Shown piece by piece: positions 14,381-20,000 of a stretch of DNA of 20,000 nt. Source of the DNA: an uncultured virus (IMG/VR IMGVR_UViG_3300025849_000012). Lineage: Duplodnaviria > Heunggongvirae > Uroviricota > Caudoviricetes. The notes below the pieces were generated by a model, which worked only from the letters and a program-made list of their open reading frames with translations, had not been told where the DNA came from and ran no database searches. The stretch lies in IMG/VR virus record IMGVR_UViG_3300025849_000012; one strand, written 5' to 3'. A program made the position numbers and the translations under genes. The first letter of the stretch is position 1; every line of letters begins with the position of its first letter.

Positions 14381-16486
14381 ATGTCAACAATAAAATTACG
14401 ACGCAGTTCGGTTGCGGGACGTGTACCTACAGTTGCACAGTTAGATTTTGGTGAAATCGCCATTAACACTGCTGACGGTAAACTATATTTCAAAAAATAT
14501 GATGCCGTTGCTAACACAGAATCAATTATCGACGTATCGGCAGACTTAGATGCTAGTGCGGTTCTTACCCTCCTTAAAACAGTTGATGGCGTAGGATCCG
14601 GCCTTGACTCAGACCTATTAGATGGTCAGTCTGGCGATTATTACTTAGATTATAATAACTTTACGAATGTACCACCTGCTACTTTAGACCTCACACTAGA
14701 CGGTAAAGTAACGGGTAACGCATTCTCCAATACTGGTGTTATGACTCTCACAACAGAGTTGGCTAATACTGGTGTAACCGCAGGCTCATATGGTTCGGCT
14801 TCTCTTGTACCCGTTTTCACGGTTGATGAAGATGGTCGAATTACTACAGCCAATACAGTTTCCGTGGCAGGTGTGGCAAACACTACATGGACTGTTGCTA
14901 ATAATACATTTACTATTGGTACAGCTGATGGTAACTTTTACGACACACTTATTGATACGTTTACCGGCCTTGGTGTTATTGGAAACATAACAGTAACAGG
15001 CTTGGTGGATGGCCGGGATGTTGCTGCCGACGGTGCAAAGTTAGATTTATTAGAAGATGGATTGGATCTCACATTAACTGGTAAGGTTACGGGTACAGCT
15101 TCTTCAAATACTGGTGTAATGACTCTTACTACTGAGTTAGCAAATACTGGTGTAACAGCAGGCTCATATGGTTCGGCAACCGCAGTTCCGGTAATTACCG
15201 TTGACGAAGATGGACGTTTAACATCTGTCACAACATCTTCAGTATCTGGCGTTGATGACTTTTCTTGGCTTAGTGCAAACAATACTTTGGCATTACAAAC
15301 AGGTGATGGTACAAGCTATTACGTTGAGGTTGATACCTTTGGACAGGATATTGATGTAACAGGTAATATTACTGTTACTGGCAATGTTGATGGTAGAGAC
15401 GTTTCGGTTGATGGTGCTAAACTTGATTTAATTGAAGATGGCGCAACCGCTGACCAAACTGCTGCTGAAATCCTTGCAGAACTTATTACAGTTGATGGCT
15501 CAGGAACTGATTTAGATGCTGATAAACTTGATGGATTACATGCATCAGATATTTTATCGCAGGCTGCAAATACTGCGGCAAACCAAATCGGAAATGGTAA
15601 TGTTACAGTTCAAGGTGGATCAGGACTAACCGGTACTGGAAACTTTAACTTAAATGATTCCATTAATACAATAATTACAATAACCCACGACGATACATCT
15701 TCAGTTGTTGATACTTCATTAGCATCAGGTCGTGTACTCACTGGTCTAACCTTTGATACGAATGGTCACGTACTAACACATGCAAATACACAACTTGACG
15801 ATCGTTATTATACCGAAACAGAATTAGATGCTGGTCAACTCGATAATAGATACTTTACTGAAACTGAGTTAACAAATGGTGAACTTGACAGTCGTTATTA
15901 TACAGAGACCGAGCTAGATAATGGTCAACTTAATTCACTTTATTATACTGAAACAGAGTTAGATAACGGCCAACTTAATTCTCTTTACTACACAGAGACT
16001 GAATTAGATAATGGTCAACTTGATAGCAGATATTATACTGAAACAGAATTAGATGCTGGTCAATTAGACAATCGTTATTATACTGAAACCGAAGCTGATA
16101 ACAGATTTGTTAATGTTACTGGTGATACAATTACAGGTAACTTAACGGTTGAAGGTAATTTAAGTTTAGAACATTCTACGTTTATATCAGCAACAACTTC
16201 AACGTCCTCAACAACATCTACTAACATTCACGCATTTCCACATAGTAGTTTTAGTGGTGCTGAATACACAGTAACCTCAACTGAAGGTTCTGATCGTCAA
16301 ATAACCAAACTATTGGTTACACACGATGGCTCAACCGCGATTGCAACTGAATATGGTGTAGTATTTACGAATACAGAGTTGGCAACATTTGAAGTTGAAA
16401 TTTCAGGACCAGTTGTTAGGTTAAATGTAACATCAAGTTCTGCATCAACACATGTATATAAAGTAGCTGGGACACTAATTAAATAA
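14381..16486 (+). CDS. Tail-fibre-like protein (701 aa) with a T4 gp37-like N-terminus
   Basis: AAGGA Shine-Dalgarno at 14369-14373. The N-terminus IKLRRSSVAGRVPTVAQLDFGEIAINTADGKLYFK resembles the gp37 N-terminus (IQFKRSKIAGTRP...GELAINLKD, from memory). Also has LD[SA]DxLDG motifs and internal repeats. Confidence 0.8.
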   Translation: MSTIKLRRSSVAGRVPTVAQLDFGEIAINTADGKLYFKKYDAVANTESIIDVSADLDASAVLTLLKTVDGVGSGLDSDLLDGQSGDYYLDYNNFTNVPPATLDLTLDGKVTGNAFSNTGVMTLTTELANTGVTAGSYGSASLVPVFTVDEDGRITTANTVSVAGVANTTWTVANNTFTIGTADGNFYDTLIDTFTGLGVIGNITVTGLVDGRDVAADGAKLDLLEDGLDLTLTGKVTGTASSNTGVMTLTTELANTGVTAGSYGSATAVPVITVDEDGRLTSVTTSSVSGVDDFSWLSANNTLALQTGDGTSYYVEVDTFGQDIDVTGNITVTGNVDGRDVSVDGAKLDLIEDGATADQTAAEILAELITVDGSGTDLDADKLDGLHASDILSQAANTAANQIGNGNVTVQGGSGLTGTGNFNLNDSINTIITITHDDTSSVVDTSLASGRVLTGLTFDTNGHVLTHANTQLDDRYYTETELDAGQLDNRYFTETELTNGELDSRYYTETELDNGQLNSLYYTETELDNGQLNSLYYTETELDNGQLDSRYYTETELDAGQLDNRYYTETEADNRFVNVTGDTITGNLTVEGNLSLEHSTFISATTSTSSTTSTNIHAFPHSSFSGAEYTVTSTEGSDRQITKLLVTHDGSTAIATEYGVVFTNTELATFEVEISGPVVRLNVTSSSASTHVYKVAGTLIK
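14684..15442 (+). repeat. Tandem duplication of a ~126-aa fibre module
   Basis: LDLTLxGKVTG...NTGVMTLTTELANTGVTAGSYGSA...VDGRDVxxDGAKLDLxEDG at 14684-15061 and 15062-15442. Confidence 0.9.
15791..16105 (+). repeat. Seven tandem 45-bp (15-aa) coding repeats, consensus QLDxRYYTETELDxG
   Basis: Units start at 15791, 15836, 15881, 15926, 15971, 16016 and 16061. Confidence 0.95.
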
Positions 16487-16490
16487 TAGT

Positions 16491-16498
16491 TATAAATA
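16491..16498 (+). promoter_or_regulatory. T4-type late promoter (TATAAATA)
   Basis: Exact intergenic consensus upstream of the ATG at 16537. It shares downstream sequence with the copy at 10070. Confidence 0.8.
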
Positions 16499-16536
16499 GA
16501 TAAAAGAATAAAGCCTAACTGGGGAGAGTGAACCGA

Positions 16537-19500
16537 ATGGCAAATGATAAGAAATTCATAGTAAAGAACGGTCTTCAATCGGAGAATAACGTTCTAATCG
16601 GCACAGCATCCGACGACGGCATAAATAAATTACAGGTATCAGGAACAGCTGATTTCAGCAATTCTTCAGGTATACCAGTTACAATAACAAACGATGGCGG
16701 CAATGGTTCGGTAATTACCAGTTTTGTTGGTAACGCAAATAGTTTAGATGTTTCAAATCCAACACCAAATGATTATTCAGTAGACAATGGCAATAACGGT
16801 ATTACATTTAATAATGGTACTGATGGAATTGCAATTAAATATAGTGGTTCTATTGATTTAGCATTTACATCAACTGGTATTGATTTTAAACGTGCACCAA
16901 CAGTTAATGGCGAAGTTATTTGGTACGCTGGAAACGACGGTACAGGATCTGGTTTAGATGCTGATTTACTTGATGGAATTGATAGTGGAAGTTTTGTAAG
17001 GTCGGATCAAAATGATACGATGGACGGTGATTATATTATCACTGGTAACCTTACAGTACAAGGTACACGAGTCGAGGTTCAATCAGAAACAGTTTTAATT
17101 GCTGATAATTTAATTACTTTAAATTCAAACTTTACGACAGGTACACCAACAGAAAATGCTGGTTGGGAAGTTCTTCGTGGTAACTTAGCAACATCATCTC
17201 TACAATGGGATGAAACAAATGATTGGTTTAAACTCATATCAAATGGTACAGACTTAGGTCGTATTATTACAACTGATGATGAAGGTGCAGGTAACTTATT
17301 TGATGCTGACACAGTTGATGGATTAGAAGCTGCTCAGTTTATTCGTTCAGATGTTAATGACGTTGCTACAGGTAACTTGGAGTTTGAAGGAACTGTTGCT
17401 ATCGGTAATGGGACTGGCTCGGCACTACTTACTATGCGTGGTGCGGGTAACAATAGAGTTATGGCATCAGACAATGGTAAAATTGGTTTCCTTGATGGCG
17501 TATTTGCTTATCAAACATATTCAGATTTAAATGGTGATTGGACCGTTGGTCGTAATCTTATTGCTGAGAAATTTTTAGACTCTGACGATAATACATATCT
17601 ATCATGGCCGTCTGATACGTCAAGGTTAAATAATATTCAACTTGCTGGAACTATATCACACGATGGTGATGCTGATACATATATCAATTTCCCAGCGCTT
17701 AATCAATTTGAAGTTTATACTGGTGGAGGTCAAAGGTTATTAATTACTGACACTGACGTAACATCATTAGTTGATGTAAAGGCTCCTCGCTATTTAGATA
17801 GCGGTAATAATGCATATCTTGGTGACTTTGCTGGTACATCTGTAATGAATACGATTGGAATTGACAGCGATCTTTTCCATAATGGTGATACCGATACTAA
17901 GTTATCATTTGATACCGACACAATCAATTTAAACACAGGTGGAGCAACAAGATTAGCAATCACTGATACGTCGGTTACATCATCAGTTGACTTAATCGCA
18001 CCAAGGTTCCTTGACTCAAGTGACAATAATTTTTATGCCGATCCAGCCGGTACATCGGTATTTAATAACCTTGGGATTAGCGAAGACTTATTCCATAACG
18101 GTGATACTAATAATAAGATTTCTTTTGGTACAGATACACAGACATTTACGACAGGTGGTACTGCACGATTAACTCTTAATAATACCAACGCAACATTTAC
18201 ATATAATGTTCTTGCACCACAATTTGTTGACTCTGATAATAACGCTTACTATGGTGACTTTGCTGGTACATCGGTAATGAATAATATTAGTTTACAAGGT
18301 GACATTATTCACCAAGGAGATACTGATACATTAATTACATTCTCTGCCGCAAATGAGTTTAAAGTTAGAACTGGTGGTTCTGATAGATTATTCGTAAGAG
18401 ATACTGGCGTAACCGCGGTTGACAATATGAAAGCACCGGTATATTATGATACATCAGGAACCACAAACTATTTGGATCTTGGTCAAACTGGTGCTTCTGA
18501 CTCACTTAGAGTTGGCGGTCGTATTAATGTTGGAGCAGGCACAGACTTTAATCTTGTAGATAATAACTCAGGCAATGGCGGAATTATGATCGCGCCATAC
18601 GCAGGATTAGGTGCAACTACTAACCCTACAATTTCAATCGCTGGTAATAATGGCGGGCTATCACTCTTATCACTTAATAGAATTGACATTGGTGGTAATC
18701 CATACCAAAGTAAAAATGCTTATTGGGCAGAGTTCTTATCAGATGGCGCAGCGGCGTTCTCTATTCGTGGTGATAACTCAAGGAATGCTTACTTTATATC
18801 TGATGCAGACCAAGGAGTTTACTTCTACGATAGTGGTGCATCAACTAGATTAGCAATGCTTAGCACAGGGGATATTACAATCGGTAATGACTCAGTCGCA
18901 TATGCTCAACATGATAATACACCGATATTAAATAGCGGAACAAAAACAGATAGTAAACTTCACATAGATGGATCGCTTCAACTTAATGGTACTGATGATG
19001 CATATGTTGTCGGTAATGGAACTGCTACATTCCTAAGAATGGATGAACTTGGATTTGGTCAAGGCGGCGGTTTCTATATGAATGATGCCAACAATCTTAG
19101 AGTTAGAAATAATAAAACACTTACGTCAACAGGTAATGCTTCATTCGCTCAGTACCTAGATGCAGATGATGTTTTATTCTACGGTGACTTTGCTAGTACA
19201 TCACGAATGAATAATATAAGTCTTGTCGGTGAAATTATACACGACGGAGATACTAATACTAAAATTGGTTTTGGCGCTGACCAAATTATATTTACTGCCG
19301 GTGGAACCGCACAGCTTGATGTATATTCAACATATGCTGAAGCTGCAACAGATATGCGTTCTCCAATATTCTCTGATGCTGGTGGAACTTTTAAGTTTGA
19401 ACCAAATACATCAAACGCTCATAGGTTCACAACACCAACTGGTACTTTAGATATTGGATCTAAGGTTGCAGGGTCAGCTCAGTTTGATACAGATAGAGCA

Positions 19501-20000
19501 ATATTCCTATTCAATAAGAGAGTGAATTTCAACGGCGGCATATCAGCAGCCGATGCCAATGACATGGCATATTTCCCTACTTATTACGATTATAATGACA
19601 ACGCTTATTACGGTGACTTTGCTGGTACATCAGTAATGAATAGAATTGACTTAGACGATTATATTAGACATAAAGGTGATGAAGATACATACTTTGGTTT
19701 CTCAGCCGCTGGTGTCTATAAATTGTTTATCAATAATACACAGAGATTAAACATTGATGATAACTCTGCTGACTTTAACCTTGATGTTTATGCTCCACGT
19801 TATTATGACTCAGGAAACAATGCTTATTATTTAGATCCTGCTTCAACATCTATACTTAATGTTGTTAGAACAAATCAAATCCAAATGGATGGCAGTTCTC
19901 TAACTATCGACTCACCATCAGGTCCTAAAGGGACTATCATGGTTGAAGGCGAAAGAGATGGTTATGCAGGTTATATGATTAGTAATGACTGGGGTTTTAT
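16537..20000 (+). CDS. Long tail-fibre-like repeat protein, 3'-truncated (>1154 aa), not in the ORF track
   Basis: GGGGAG Shine-Dalgarno at 16521-16526 and ATG at 16537. Reads MANDKKFIVKNGLQSENNVLIG... with no stop to the window end. Contains WYAGNDGTGSGLDADLLDG, GNLTVQGT...IADNLITLN and ~72-aa repeats. Confidence 0.9.
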   Translation, partial: MANDKKFIVKNGLQSENNVLIGTASDDGINKLQVSGTADFSNSSGIPVTITNDGGNGSVITSFVGNANSLDVSNPTPNDYSVDNGNNGITFNNGTDGIAIKYSGSIDLAFTSTGIDFKRAPTVNGEVIWYAGNDGTGSGLDADLLDGIDSGSFVRSDQNDTMDGDYIITGNLTVQGTRVEVQSETVLIADNLITLNSNFTTGTPTENAGWEVLRGNLATSSLQWDETNDWFKLISNGTDLGRIITTDDEGAGNLFDADTVDGLEAAQFIRSDVNDVATGNLEFEGTVAIGNGTGSALLTMRGAGNNRVMASDNGKIGFLDGVFAYQTYSDLNGDWTVGRNLIAEKFLDSDDNTYLSWPSDTSRLNNIQLAGTISHDGDADTYINFPALNQFEVYTGGGQRLLITDTDVTSLVDVKAPRYLDSGNNAYLGDFAGTSVMNTIGIDSDLFHNGDTDTKLSFDTDTINLNTGGATRLAITDTSVTSSVDLIAPRFLDSSDNNFYADPAGTSVFNNLGISEDLFHNGDTNNKISFGTDTQTFTTGGTARLTLNNTNATFTYNVLAPQFVDSDNNAYYGDFAGTSVMNNISLQGDIIHQGDTDTLITFSAANEFKVRTGGSDRLFVRDTGVTAVDNMKAPVYYDTSGTTNYLDLGQTGASDSLRVGGRINVGAGTDFNLVDNNSGNGGIMIAPYAGLGATTNPTISIAGNNGGLSLLSLNRIDIGGNPYQSKNAYWAEFLSDGAAAFSIRGDNSRNAYFISDADQGVYFYDSGASTRLAMLSTGDITIGNDSVAYAQHDNTPILNSGTKTDSKLHIDGSLQLNGTDDAYVVGNGTATFLRMDELGFGQGGGFYMNDANNLRVRNNKTLTSTGNASFAQYLDADDVLFYGDFASTSRMNNISLVGEIIHDGDTNTKIGFGADQIIFTAGGTAQLDVYSTYAEAATDMRSPIFSDAGGTFKFEPNTSNAHRFTTPTGTLDIGSKVAGSAQFDTDRAIFLFNKRVNFNGGISAADANDMAYFPTYYDYNDNAYYGDFAGTSVMNRIDLDDYIRHKGDEDTYFGFSAAGVYKLFINNTQRLNIDDNSADFNLDVYAPRYYDSGNNAYYLDPASTSILNVVRTNQIQMDGSSLTIDSPSGPKGTIMVEGERDGYAGYMISNDWGF
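17563..19860 (+). repeat. ~72-aa repeats (APxxxDSxxNxYxGDFAGTSxMN...HxGDxxT...TGGxxRL)
   Basis: Full copies start at 17563, 17782, 17998, 18214, 19144 and 19573. Partial copies start at 18433 and 19792. Confidence 0.9.

Noticed and set aside
10133..15282. Antisense ORFs within the 108-, 1294- and 701-aa genes
   Set aside because: They lie wholly opposite well-supported genes and show no recognisable motifs.
15791..16105. 45-bp periodic array as a possible CRISPR
   Set aside because: There are no unique spacers, variation is mostly at third codon positions, and the array is in frame within a CDS.
16620..16627. CATAAATA as an additional late promoter
   Set aside because: It is an imperfect match inside a CDS just downstream of a perfect intergenic site, and is probably chance.
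16297..19450. Short ORFs listed over the 3' part of the window
   Set aside because: They overlap the 701-aa gene or the long + strand ORF from 16537, which the track omitted because it has no stop in the window.
14381..20000. Diversity-generating retroelement template/variable repeat pair in the fibre genes
   Set aside because: Differences between repeats are not adenine-specific, and no reverse transcriptase or non-coding template repeat is present in the window.

Overview
Late/structural region of a large AT-rich T4-like myophage, probably aquatic. Seven genes are densely packed on the + strand, with T4-type late promoter boxes (TATAAATA) and one intrinsic terminator. In order: a giant repeat protein that starts before the window (>1626 aa); a 140-aa protein; a 1566-aa Gly-X-Gln collagen-like fibre with a C-terminal Peptidase_S74-type chaperone; a 108-aa protein; fibre-like proteins of 1294 and 701 aa; and a further fibre protein (>1154 aa from 16537) that runs off the window and is missing from the ORF track. 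No RNA genes, mobile elements or CRISPR arrays were seen. The main observation is that the giant protein is built from tandem helical repeats whose core, (K/R)CxRDxGxxxDAxxxD, resembles by eye the bilin-attachment helix of phycobiliproteins, with Cys, Arg and Asp intact in six repeats. The neighbouring collagen fibre has a domain with a complete type-1 (blue) copper ligand set. This suggests a chromophore- and metal-decorated virion. It is a hypothesis from motif recognition and needs profile, structural and biochemical tests.
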